NCBI GenBank assembly: GCA_963812125.1
Contig: CAWETY010000010.1
Location: 272,747-336,746, forward strand
Reading direction: 5' to 3'
DNA length: 64,000 nucleotides
Source of the DNA: an uncultured Gammaproteobacteria bacterium
GTDB lineage: Bacteria; Pseudomonadota; Gammaproteobacteria; Steroidobacterales; Steroidobacteraceae
A model generated the notes under the pieces. It saw only the letters and a list, made by a program, of their open reading frames with translations, was not told where the DNA came from and ran no database searches. Of this stretch, positions 10,703 through 20,535 are shown in pieces. The translations under genes and the position numbers were made by a program. Position 1 is the stretch's first letter, and the number at the start of each line of letters is the position of its first letter.

Positions 10703-10927
10703 CCGTCACCTCGTCATGAATTTGCGTAGCCCAGGGAGCAGGCACTCGATGCTACCCGGGCGCCCCTCGAGTTGCGAACATTTGCGGCGAGTGGATGCCC
10801 GAACGCGTTCTGATCGCCGAGACCGATGCGGCGGCGCGGCAGCGGCGCGCCGTGCGTGATACGACCAGAAAAGCACCAGGACGAGCGGCTATACTTGAGC
10901 TACGCCGGGCAACGGGGGGATAGAATA

Positions 10928-11266
10928 ATGCGCGCAAGCTTGGTCATTTTTCTTTTGATTCTTTCCACTTGCGTTTTTGGGCAAGCCGCTCCGGTATCGC
11001 CGTGCGCGGGGGCGGAATTCAAGCAACTGGATTTTTGGCTGGGCGACTGGGATGCCAGCCGGAATGCATCGCCCAGTGGGCCGGCCGGTCACGGCAGCAA
11101 TCACATCACCCGCACCACATTGGCGCGGCCGGGCAATGTGAAAGCCAATCGCATGGTGTTTGCCGACATTGCGCCAAATAGCTTTATCTGGCACTGGCAG
11201 GCAACGCAGGACGGGAAGAACTGGTCGGATAGCTGGGTCATCCGCTATACGCGCAAGAAAAAATGA
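10928..11266 (+). CDS. small secreted hypothetical protein
   Basis: Signal peptide MRASLVIFLLILSTCVFGQAAP, then 'FKQLDFWLGDWD'. Start moved to ATG 10928. No family assigned. Confidence 0.45.
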   Translation: MRASLVIFLLILSTCVFGQAAPVSPCAGAEFKQLDFWLGDWDASRNASPSGPAGHGSNHITRTTLARPGNVKANRMVFADIAPNSFIWHWQATQDGKNWSDSWVIRYTRKKK

Positions 11267-11907
11267 ATCGAGCAGCCGGAATGCTGAAGGTGAAGGCCGT
11301 CGCTGTGCTCGGGTTTCTTTTCACGGGCCCGTTCGCCGCCGCACAAATTCCCGCCGGCCTAACCTCCAAGAGCATGACTAATTCTACGCCCGCCGGGCCG
11401 CAGGTGCCGCCCGATACTGCGGTATTGCTGCAGAAAGCGAGCCGAGATATCGCATTCTCGAACGGCCATTTGTCCGGGCCGGGCGCGGAATTTCTGTTCG
11501 CCGAACTTGCCCATGCTCAGTTCGTCTTGATCGGCGAGAGTCATTATGATCACGACACACCTATATTTGTCGGCGCCCTCTACCAGGACCTGCACGCAAA
11601 ACTCGGCTTTCACCATGTTGTCGTTGAGCAGGATCCAGTTGGCATGCAAGACGCCTTGCGGCCGGGTGCGCGCGGCGAAGTAACAGCGATCGCCGCCATA
11701 GCACGTCGCGATCCTTATTTGATCGGCTTCGCCTCCGACCAAGACCTGCAATTCCTGGCAGACGTCGCCCGCATCGAGAAGGGGCCCGATCCAATCTGGG
11801 GACTCGAGCAGATGCGCATATTCATCAATGGGTACGATGCCATCATGCTGCTCCCGGACAGCCGCAAGGCAGACATGACTCTCACGGGCTTTCCGAATCC
11901 TTTCTAA
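11263..11907 (+). CDS. secreted hypothetical protein
   Basis: ATGA overlap with the upstream ORF. Signal-like 'MLKVKAVAVLGFLFTGPFAAAQ'; 'VLIGESHYDHDTPIF'. The C-terminal ~30 aa look unnatural, so the gene may be truncated or frame-shifted. Confidence 0.4.
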   Translation: MNRAAGMLKVKAVAVLGFLFTGPFAAAQIPAGLTSKSMTNSTPAGPQVPPDTAVLLQKASRDIAFSNGHLSGPGAEFLFAELAHAQFVLIGESHYDHDTPIFVGALYQDLHAKLGFHHVVVEQDPVGMQDALRPGARGEVTAIAAIARRDPYLIGFASDQDLQFLADVARIEKGPDPIWGLEQMRIFINGYDAIMLLPDSRKADMTLTGFPNPF

Positions 11908-12088
11908 GACCGCTCGCGATCGACGGCTAGTCGATAAGTTTCGCGCGACCCGCTTTCTCTGCACCAAGCCTTAACTCGGCAGCTGTCATCGCAGACACGC
12001 TCAATGACAACGCGCCCTGCGCGCGCAACGCTCTTGGGGCGATGCCACTCTCGCGTTCGCGTTTGCCTGGTCAACCATGGACTACCTC

Positions 12089-14063
12089 TTAGTCCAAATG
12101 GGCGCTGATCAAGTGAAAGGCGAACGAAAACACCGCTAGGTACAGCAGCGCGAGCGCCAGCACCCCGCTCCAAACCTTCGCCCAGACGCCTCTGCCGCTA
12201 CGCAAGGTCAGCCATGCATGCCAAATGGCCACCGCAACACCCGCGACGCATAACAGACCAATCAGTTGAAACAATCGAACCCATGGCGTGACGCCCACTT
12301 TGGAAGGAAAATCCGCTGTCAATGCCAGGAACCAGCACAGAATATAGACGACGCCCAGGACTGCGGCGAAACGCGTTAATCGATAAGCCCGCGCTTGGTG
12401 CCCCGTAAGCTGCAGAGTGCGCCCATAGCGGCGACGCAAGATCGCCGCTACGGGCCATGTCAGGGCCGTGAGGAGCATCACACCGACGGCCAATCCCAAC
12501 AATGGGACGTGCAAGCGGCTCGACCACAGATAGGGCACCTTTAGGTCCGCCATAAACGAAATCACCTGATCGGACCAAATGGACTGCACGTGTCCATCTT
12601 TGACTTTCGCCAGGAGATGCGCATCACCTCCAACTTCGCGCCAAACGAACGGTCCTATTTCGCGCCACGTTTGTGCCCGCGCGTTTTTCTCAAACGTCAG
12701 GGTGGCGGCAGTTTCGATCGTGCCATCGGCATTGGCCCGGACAAAAGGTTTCAGGGCCAGGAATCGCATGATCAGCGATAACCCTTCCTGATAATCGCCC
12801 CTCTGCTGGCGTGACCAATCATATTCTCCTGCCACTTGCTGCGCGTGCTCTTCGGCGGTGTGCGCGGTGGGCTCCTGAGGGAGCGGAAGGAGTGGGGAAG
12901 TAGCGATCCATGAACTGCTCAAACAGCTTGGTTCGCAGCATGAATGCGGCCGGAAAAATTCCTTTTACCTCCCCGTCGCTGTTGACGGCCGTGAACAGCC
13001 CGATGTTCTGGTCGAGCAACAATTTCATTTCCGCATGAAATCCCTCGCCGTCGCCCGAGTGACCAATGACTCGGTGCCCCTTGTAGTCGTCAAAAAAAAG
13101 CCCGAGCGCTATGGGTTGAGCGCCCGTCATCGGCGCGAAGACCGGCGCGTGCATGAGCTCGAGGGTTTGCGGCCGCAGCAATTGATAGTTCTCGTAACGG
13201 CCTTGCTGCAAATGCGCCAGCATGAACCGCGTCATATCATGAGCTGTCGTCGAGAGTCCACCTGCCGGCGCTTCAGTCGGCATCATTTCCTTTATGGTAT
13301 CCGGCGGATAAGGCTCGCCAGAGGAAGCCAACGGATAATTTTTGGCCGCAAACGGCTGCAACCTCTCGGGCAACGTCAAATGGAAGGTTGAATGATTCAT
13401 TCCCAGCGGCTCGAGAATGTGCCGCTCGATGTAAACCGAAATGGCCTCGCCGGAAACGCGTGCGACGATGTAACCTGCCAAATTCAATCCGTAATTCGAA
13501 TAGGCCGGCACTTCTCCCGGCGGATAAATCCGCTCCGGAATCATCAGCAAATGCTGTCGCAGCGTGAGCGGCGGCTTGTAACTCCTATAAGAAGTCTCCT
13601 CGAAGCCTGCCGTGTGCGTTAGTAAGTTACGCAGAGTAACCGGCCTGCCAAACGCCGGCGGGATTCCAAAATCCAAGTAAGCGTTGACATCTCGATCCAG
13701 GTCAAGCTTGCCCTGCTCCACGAGTTGCATGACCGCAGTCGCTGTGAAAGTCTTCGAGAGCGATGCCACGCTCGTCACAGTGCGCAACGCGTCCATCGGG
13801 GTTTTCTTGGAGACGTCGGCGTAGCCGTAGCCCTTCTCGAGCAGCACTTGGCCATCTTTCACGACAGACACCAACAACCCGGCGATGTCTCCGTCCTGCA
13901 GCGCGTAGGGAACCAAGCCATCGAGCCATGCTTCGAGATCCGCGCGATTCAGCTGCGGCGCGGAAGCTTCCGCTGATGATGGCGGCGGCGCCTGTGCGAC
14001 CGCAGCCGTCCCGAGAACAGCCAACGCACAGACGATTGTGATCGTTTTGAAAATATCGCGCAT
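12089..14063 (-). CDS. beta-lactamase-family serine hydrolase with C-terminal multi-TM domain; frame broken near 12885-12905
   Basis: Signal peptide MRDIFKTITIVCALAVLGTAAVAQA and SxxK motif 'SLSKTFTA'. ORFs 12819-14135 and 12089-12922 join as ...FMDRYFPTP|LLPLPQEPTAHTAEEHAQQ. The C-terminal part has four hydrophobic helices. Confidence 0.8.
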
Positions 14064-14179
14064 TCGCTCGAATTTTGTGCTGAACATTGAACCCGAGCGC
14101 CACCCCCCAATGCCGCAGTCGGCTAATGTGGGCACATCACGCGGAAAGGCATCAGGATTTCTGCAATTCGAAAGTTCTT

Positions 14180-17100
14180 CTAGGTCGCCCCCGGCATCAT
14201 GGCCTTGCTCCTGCGCTTAGGACGGCTAAAGCGCAGGCGTCTCCTGACGCCGCGCATCGCGGTCAGTATTGCCAGCAGGCCGATTGAAGCCGGGTCGAGA
14301 TCCCCGCCCCCCGAATGACCTGAACTCGACGCCGATCCTGAACCGCCGCTAGAGCCGCTGCCCGATCCGCCTCCAGAACTGGCAGTGAAGTTCACGACGG
14401 TCTGCGCTTGTATATCATTTCCATAATTATTGGAGCACGTCATGGCGTATGTATGCTGTGTTCCCGACGACTCTTGGATGGACATGGAACCCGAGGTCGG
14501 CTGTGGCCCGGCGAAGGCGATACTTGCTCCGCTATCTTCCGATGCATTGCATTGGAACGAGCTGGTCGACGACCAAGTCAGCGTGAAAGCTGTCCCCAAC
14601 ACCGCGTTCTGCGTGCTCGCCACCAAGCTGACGGCCGGTTGCGCGTCCCAAAAGACCGTGACCTGCTGATTGGCGGAAAGCGGACCGTTTTGACAGGTGA
14701 GCCCATAGGAGACTGAGCCTGGCTGCGACTCGACAACGGTCATCGATCCATACCATGGAAGTGTTCCGCTCCAGCCATCGCCCGTCGCACTATTGGTTGC
14801 CGTGCAGGACGCAGCTTGCGGCGAATTCCAGTTCAAAGTCACCGACCGACCCACGACATTCCTGCTCAAGGAACTCCCGAACCCGATGTAGATCTGCGTT
14901 GCGGGGGCATACACCCAAACCGTGGTTTGCGCCTCCACGGCTGCGGTCCCGGTTCCGCACACCAGGGTCAAGGGAGCGTCGAATCCTAGCGGCTCCACTA
15001 CGCCAAGGGTTCCTTTCTGGGGCTGCGGGCCGCTCCACCCGTCGCCCGCGGTGCCACCGTAGCCGGTGCAGGGCCCCACCGCGGAATTCCAGGTCAGGTA
15101 CACAGGTTGGTTCTCGAACACCGAGATGGTACCGCCGGGTGTCAGCGTCAGAACGCTTCCGCCAACGTTGTTGAAAATAGCGGTCGCAGACGCACTGGCG
15201 GTGGCTCCGACACCGCAGGTGATGGAAAAATTATAAGTGCCGGCGCTGGCCTCGCTGATCAACGACGCGCTGGTATTGCCGGGGCCGCCGTAATACGGCC
15301 GCGGTCCATTCCATCCGTCGCCCGCACCTCCGCCACTGCCGATACAAGGCAGAACATTCGTCGACCAGGCCAGATATCCGCCCGACAGCATGAACTCACT
15401 ACCGTTTTCCGTGGTCAATGTGACTTGCGGATTGGGCTGTTGCTGCCATTGAATCGTTGTGCTGCTGGTAGTCTGCACGGACCCGCTGCCGCAGGTGAGC
15501 ACATAGGTGTACGTGCCTGCGATCCACTGGGGTTGCGTATCGGTCCCTTGCGGGGGAAATCCGCTGACATCGGTGCCGCCCACGGGTCCCGTATAGTCGA
15601 TCTCGCAGGGCTCTACGTTCGACGTCCAGGTCAACACGTTGGGAAGTTGCGGGACAGACAGATCAATCACGTAACTCGGCTGCGGCGCCATCAACGTGGC
15701 GCTAGGCGGCGCACCCGAAAAGGTATACGTAACCTCTGCGGTAGCTGCAACCGCCGGCGGCCCGCAAGAGATCTTGTAAACGTAGGTGCCTGCGGTCTGC
15801 TCCGTGAGATAGGCGCTGCCAAAATTTCCGCTCAAGGCTCCCGCCCAGTTGTCGCCGGGAGCGCCACCGGAAGCGGTGCAGTCCCCCGAACCGTGCCAGT
15901 TAAAGGCGATGCCCTGTCCGAGCCGCAAACCCGCTAGTGAGTACAACTGCATCGATGCGGTCGGCAAAACAAACGTCAAAGTGAGGGTTTGCGAAATGGC
16001 CTGGCTGCCAGTGCCGCAAGTCAATGTATAGTCGTAGGTTCCCGGCTGGTTCTCGGTGACATTGACTTGACCTGACGCCCCAAGCGAACCGCTCCAGCCA
16101 TCGCCTGGTGAGCCGCCCGTCGCGGTGCACGAAGGATTGTTGGATCTCCACACAAGAATGTTGGCGACACCGACGTAGAGTTGAAGATTCTGATCGTAGA
16201 AGGTCAAAGTCGGCGGCGCCACTGACCAAGTTACCTGCACCTGCGCCGCGCTAGAGCGCGCGCCGATCGTGCAAGTGACACCGTAGGTCACAACGGCCGG
16301 ATCGGATTCGGTGACTGCCAAATATTGGCCGGTGTTCAATACCCCCGTCCAGCCATCGCCGGGGACGCCACCCATTGCGGTACATACCGCGCCAGCGGTT
16401 GTATTGATCACAAGGTTGACCGTGGAACCGGTTTGAGCCGCCGTCTGCGAGACATACAAGGAGGTAGTCGGCGGAAAACCAGCTATGCCGGGCGATGTGG
16501 TGGCGCCCGTATTCGTGGGATCAAGCACCGAGGCCAGCGTGATCGAGCCGGTGCTGCTTGATGCGTCCGCCGTCGAAGTCCAGGTGCTCGCAAGTCGGCT
16601 GAACAGTGCAGACACGGTGTCTTTGCTGGGTGCCGGCGGCGGATTGACGGGACACTGACCCGCGACGGCGCGGCTCGCGGATCCGACGATTAAGTTGTCC
16701 TTGTTGAACAGTCCCGAACCCGAGGCGCCGTGATCGAGGCTGCCCAGCGAATTGACGACACCCCAATAGGTCGTGTTGTAACCTACAGACAGTTGAGCCG
16801 CGGTGAAATCTTCGGTGATGGCCGTCCCGCTGAACGTTGCGTATTGCTGGGAATTGCCGCCGGCATAGTCGACGGTGTAGCCATCGACCAGCGCCGCACC
16901 GCTCGCGTCCCAACCCGCGAAATAGGCATCCTGGAAATACGGTTGGGAATCCAACCGAATGAGCCATTGATCTTGCTGCTCGACCACGGTGGTCGCGCCA
17001 CCTTGAACTTGACTGGATTCATCAAAGATCGTCAGCAAATTCTGGCCGCAGGGCGTGATCGAATTCCAGTACACCTGAACGCTGGCCGCGGCCGCCGGAT

Positions 17101-17827
17101 CACCCCCGCCATCATCTCCGTTTTCGCAATGCCGTGCGGCGAGAACATAAGGAATGCCATCTTGAGGCACGTCGTTGAGCAGCGTCCCGCTGCAGATGAT
17201 TTTGTTGGAAATGACCAGGGCAACACTGGCGTAAGCCTGGCTTTGGGTGGCGGCACTTGCATCGCAGGCGTAGTTCTCCACACACGTGGAACTGGCGTTC
17301 GCGGCCAGCGACTTCAGCGCGCGGTAGTGCGGGTGATCCGCAACGCCGCTTGCCAAGCTCTTATAGCCGGCCTGAAAGGCCGCAATTTGCAACAGCGTCT
17401 GATGGCGCAGTTGCCTGGGTACGCTGATGTGAATGGCCAGTTGGTCGCCCTGCACGGGTCGGCTCCAGAAATCGGCTCGATGCAGGTCGCTGCCTCGAAC
17501 AGTGAATTGGCGTCCGCCTCCGACGACAGTCAATGTGCCTTTTTGCGGCAGCGACAAGCGATTGGCGTGAAAGCCCACACTGAGCGCCGTCGGGATTTTG
17601 ATCGCATAGTCCCAAACGACATTGTCTCCATCGCTCGACCATCTTCCGCTGGATTCCGAATCCAGGCGATGAAGAACATCCACCGCGAATTGCGTGCTGT
17701 GCCTCGCCGCTCGATCGATTAGCGGATCCAGATTGACGCGATAGGTCTCGACGGCGGCTGCAGCGCTATTCGCAAAACCGCAAAGCGCCATGAACAGGGA
17801 TGCCAAGAAAGGTAACCGAAACATCAT
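14180..17827 (-). CDS. large secreted S1 (lysyl-endopeptidase-like) serine protease with eight tandem two-Cys modules and a C-terminal sorting-like tail
   Basis: Signal peptide MMFRLPFLASLFMALCGFANSAAA. 'CSGTLLN', 'LAARHC' (His), 'YFAGWD', 'HGASGSGLF' (Ser) and 'VGSASRAVAGQC' align by eye with Achromobacter/Lysobacter protease I. Eight repeats carry C..GG.PGDGWSG...Y.LTC. Gly/Ser linker, then 'GGGDLDPASIGLLAILTAMRGVRRRLR'. Confidence 0.8.
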   Translation of the reverse strand: MMFRLPFLASLFMALCGFANSAAAAVETYRVNLDPLIDRAARHSTQFAVDVLHRLDSESSGRWSSDGDNVVWDYAIKIPTALSVGFHANRLSLPQKGTLTVVGGGRQFTVRGSDLHRADFWSRPVQGDQLAIHISVPRQLRHQTLLQIAAFQAGYKSLASGVADHPHYRALKSLAANASSTCVENYACDASAATQSQAYASVALVISNKIICSGTLLNDVPQDGIPYVLAARHCENGDDGGGDPAAAASVQVYWNSITPCGQNLLTIFDESSQVQGGATTVVEQQDQWLIRLDSQPYFQDAYFAGWDASGAALVDGYTVDYAGGNSQQYATFSGTAITEDFTAAQLSVGYNTTYWGVVNSLGSLDHGASGSGLFNKDNLIVGSASRAVAGQCPVNPPPAPSKDTVSALFSRLASTWTSTADASSSTGSITLASVLDPTNTGATTSPGIAGFPPTTSLYVSQTAAQTGSTVNLVINTTAGAVCTAMGGVPGDGWTGVLNTGQYLAVTESDPAVVTYGVTCTIGARSSAAQVQVTWSVAPPTLTFYDQNLQLYVGVANILVWRSNNPSCTATGGSPGDGWSGSLGASGQVNVTENQPGTYDYTLTCGTGSQAISQTLTLTFVLPTASMQLYSLAGLRLGQGIAFNWHGSGDCTASGGAPGDNWAGALSGNFGSAYLTEQTAGTYVYKISCGPPAVAATAEVTYTFSGAPPSATLMAPQPSYVIDLSVPQLPNVLTWTSNVEPCEIDYTGPVGGTDVSGFPPQGTDTQPQWIAGTYTYVLTCGSGSVQTTSSTTIQWQQQPNPQVTLTTENGSEFMLSGGYLAWSTNVLPCIGSGGGAGDGWNGPRPYYGGPGNTSASLISEASAGTYNFSITCGVGATASASATAIFNNVGGSVLTLTPGGTISVFENQPVYLTWNSAVGPCTGYGGTAGDGWSGPQPQKGTLGVVEPLGFDAPLTLVCGTGTAAVEAQTTVWVYAPATQIYIGFGSSLSRNVVGRSVTLNWNSPQAASCTATNSATGDGWSGTLPWYGSMTVVESQPGSVSYGLTCQNGPLSANQQVTVFWDAQPAVSLVASTQNAVLGTAFTLTWSSTSSFQCNASEDSGASIAFAGPQPTSGSMSIQESSGTQHTYAMTCSNNYGNDIQAQTVVNFTASSGGGSGSGSSGGSGSASSSGHSGGGDLDPASIGLLAILTAMRGVRRRLRFSRPKRRSKAMMPGAT

Positions 17828-18178
17828 CCGTGAAACTCCCTTGTTCTATCCAGATCTAGTTGTTTGTTCGGGCGCTAGAATCATAAACCCATAGCCGCAA
17901 CCTGGTTTGAGGATTTAGGAATTCAAAACTGCTTTCCCGCCGCCTCAAGTGATGCTCTAGCCCTGGCGGCTTTCATTGCTGCCAACGGCGCCGGCCCATG
18001 GCCACCGCTCCGCATTGGGCAGAGCCGGTTATGTTAGATCAGCGCTGTGGACGGAATTTCTCGAAGAATTGGCGCGGCCTCGGACTGAGCAACTGGGGCA
18101 ACGCGCGGACTCAGGCGACGCGGCTAAAGATGGCGTCGTCGATTGGCTCGTTGACACCTATGGCAAAAACCAACGCAC

Positions 18179-18397
18179 TTAGGTTCGACGAACGGAGACA
18201 CGACGACGCCCCGCGCTCGGGCGCTCCTCGGCGGCTGTCCACGGCTTGCCGGTGCGAAGCTCTATGTAGTCTCGCATCAAGCGTCGCACGACCTGCGAAG
18301 GTGTCAGGTCCTCTTGTGCACACAGGCGCTCGAACAGTTCCTTCTTGCGTGGGTCGACCAAAATGGTAAGCCGGGCGGTGCGATCTTCAGCAGTCAA
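18179..18397 (-). CDS. ribbon-helix-helix (CopG/Arc-type) DNA-binding protein
   Basis: 72 aa, TTG start. 'ARLTILVDPRKKELFERLCAQEDLTPSQVVRRLMRDYI' fits a beta-strand/helix/helix RHH pattern. Divergent from the hyf-like operon. Confidence 0.55.
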   Translation of the reverse strand: MTAEDRTARLTILVDPRKKELFERLCAQEDLTPSQVVRRLMRDYIELRTGKPWTAAEERPSAGRRRVSVRRT

Positions 18398-18413
18398 ATG
18401 GGACTCACATTAG

Positions 18414-18443
18414 GTGACATGTCAATACGTATAACATTATAAT
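18414..18443 (+). promoter_or_regulatory. sigma70-like promoter upstream of the hyf/ehr-like operon, overlapped by a 10-bp palindrome
   Basis: GTGACA (18414-18419), 18-nt spacer, TATAAT (18438-18443). Perfect palindrome TGACATGTCA at 18415-18424. AT-rich intergenic region, with ATG at 18526. Confidence 0.35.
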
Positions 18444-18525
18444 AGAAATTACATGACCGCAAATGGCAGGATCCGGTTTATCGACGTGGTAGCAGCCATT
18501 TCACGACCATGAGAACCGGCGCCTG

Positions 18526-20535
18526 ATGAATCTTGGTTCCACCTCGCCGTTAGCGCTCTCTGTACTGTTGCTTGTGGCATGGTGCTTGGTTGGGGTCGCC
18601 GGGATGCTGCGGCCCTTGAGTCTCGCTTTGGTGGGCCGGACGCTGTTCCCGCTGGGCGCCGTTGTCGGTGCCGCGCTGGCAGTCGTTGCGGCGACAAGCC
18701 TTGGCCACGCCACCGAACAGCTCGTATTGCCGATCGGGCTGCCGGACTTGCCCGTTCACTTGCGCCTCGATGGACTTTCGGGCGTGTTCTTGGTGTTGCT
18801 GGGCGGTGCCTCTGCCGGCATTTCGATTTTTGCGGCTGGCTACTTCAGGCGGGGAGAAGGCACGGCGCCCGGCTTGCTCTGCCTGCAATATCACTTGTTT
18901 CTCGCGAGCATGGGCTTTGTATTGCTCGCCGATGATGCATATGCATTCATGTTGGCATGGGAAACGATGGCACTGTCGTCGTATTTCCTGGTCACCACCC
19001 AACATCGCATTGCAGAAATTCGCAGAGCCGGGTTTCTCTACCTGCTGATGGCCCACTTGGGTGCGATCGCAATTCTCTTGAGCTTCGGCATCCTTCAGGG
19101 CGGCAGCTGGCATTTCACGTTCGACGCGATGCGAAGTGCACACCTGAGTGCAAATTGGGCGACGCTTGCATTCTGTCTTGCGCTGCTTGGATTTGGAGCC
19201 AAGGCAGGCCTCGTGCCCCTGCATGTATGGCTGCCGGAAGCACACCCGGCTGCGCCTTCTCCGGTTTCGGCGCTGATGAGCGGCATCATGCTCGAGACGG
19301 CGTTGTATGGGTTGATTCGGGTCAGTTTTGATCTCTTGGGTCAGCCGCCCCTATGGTATTGGGGATTGCTGCCGTTGACTCTCGGACTCTTTAGCGCCTT
19401 GTACGGCGTCGTATTCGCAGCCGCTCAAACTGACATGAAGCGTCTGCTCGCCTACTCCTCGATTGAAAACATTGGGATCATGTTTACCGGCCTGGGATTG
19501 GCGATAGTGTTCGCGGGCGTGGGTATGCGTGCCGCGGCGGCGCTTACATTGATTGCAGTCATGTACCAGGCGCTCAATCATGCATTCATGAAAAGCCTGC
19601 TATTTCTCGGTACGGGTGCGGTGTTGCACGCAACCGGGGAACGCAATCTAGGGCGCCTGGGGGGCCTGATCCATCGCATGCCCTGGGTCGCGTGGCTGAC
19701 GCTCATCGGCGCGCTGGCCATTGCTGGATTGCCTCCCTTGAATGGATTCGTGTCTGAATGGTTGCTCCTCCAATCCTTCCTGTTCTCGTACAAGGTGCCG
19801 CACGCCTTCATCAACATGCTGCTGCCTCTGGGCGCGGCGCTGCTCGCGCTCGCTGCGGCACTCGCGGGCTATGTCATGGTCAAATTCTTTGGCGTGATCT
19901 TTCTCGGTCAGCCGCGGGAACCTACTCTGCAACAGGCTCACGACGCTGGATTTGCCGAGCGCCTCGGGCTCGCGTGGCTTGCGTTCGGCTGCGTGCTGCT
20001 CGGATTCTTTCCGACCACCGTCATTTCATACTTCAGCATCGTCACTCAGCAACTCGGTTTGGGTGAACTGCCGTTGAGCAATGCGCCCTGGTGGCTACTG
20101 GTGCCTATTCCGGAACGAGAGTCCTCTTACGCACCTCTGGTATTTTTTGCGGTGATTTTAGTTGTCGTGGCGTTGGCCGTTGTCAATGTGCGCATCTTCT
20201 ATCATCGGCGCGTGCGCAAAGGCGCAGCTTGGGACTGTGGCTTCGGGGCGCTCACGAGCCGCATGCAAGATACGGCGGAAGGCTTCGGTCAGCCGATTCG
20301 CCATTTATTCCAACCCCTGTTCTTTCTCATTCGCGAACTGCCGGGCCCTTTCGACACAAAACCCAAGTATCGCTTGGAAATTGGTGATCGCATTTGGCGC
20401 GCTCTGTATGAGCCCTTGGGTCCGCTCGTCCGGCGGGTCGCAGATAAAGTCGCTTGGCTGCAGCAAGGGCGCATCGCGACTTACTTGCTCTACAGTTTCG
20501 TTACACTCGTCGTCTTGCTGGCGCTGATGCTATGA
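18526..20535 (+). CDS. hyfB: HyfB/HycC-like (NuoL-type antiporter-like) membrane subunit
   Basis: 669 aa, polytopic. 'GAKAGLVPLHVWLPEAHPAAPSPVSALMSG' and 'KRLLAYSSIENIGIM' are typical of the NuoL/HyfB family. Confidence 0.88.
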   Translation: MNLGSTSPLALSVLLLVAWCLVGVAGMLRPLSLALVGRTLFPLGAVVGAALAVVAATSLGHATEQLVLPIGLPDLPVHLRLDGLSGVFLVLLGGASAGISIFAAGYFRRGEGTAPGLLCLQYHLFLASMGFVLLADDAYAFMLAWETMALSSYFLVTTQHRIAEIRRAGFLYLLMAHLGAIAILLSFGILQGGSWHFTFDAMRSAHLSANWATLAFCLALLGFGAKAGLVPLHVWLPEAHPAAPSPVSALMSGIMLETALYGLIRVSFDLLGQPPLWYWGLLPLTLGLFSALYGVVFAAAQTDMKRLLAYSSIENIGIMFTGLGLAIVFAGVGMRAAAALTLIAVMYQALNHAFMKSLLFLGTGAVLHATGERNLGRLGGLIHRMPWVAWLTLIGALAIAGLPPLNGFVSEWLLLQSFLFSYKVPHAFINMLLPLGAALLALAAALAGYVMVKFFGVIFLGQPREPTLQQAHDAGFAERLGLAWLAFGCVLLGFFPTTVISYFSIVTQQLGLGELPLSNAPWWLLVPIPERESSYAPLVFFAVILVVVALAVVNVRIFYHRRVRKGAAWDCGFGALTSRMQDTAEGFGQPIRHLFQPLFFLIRELPGPFDTKPKYRLEIGDRIWRALYEPLGPLVRRVADKVAWLQQGRIATYLLYSFVTLVVLLALML

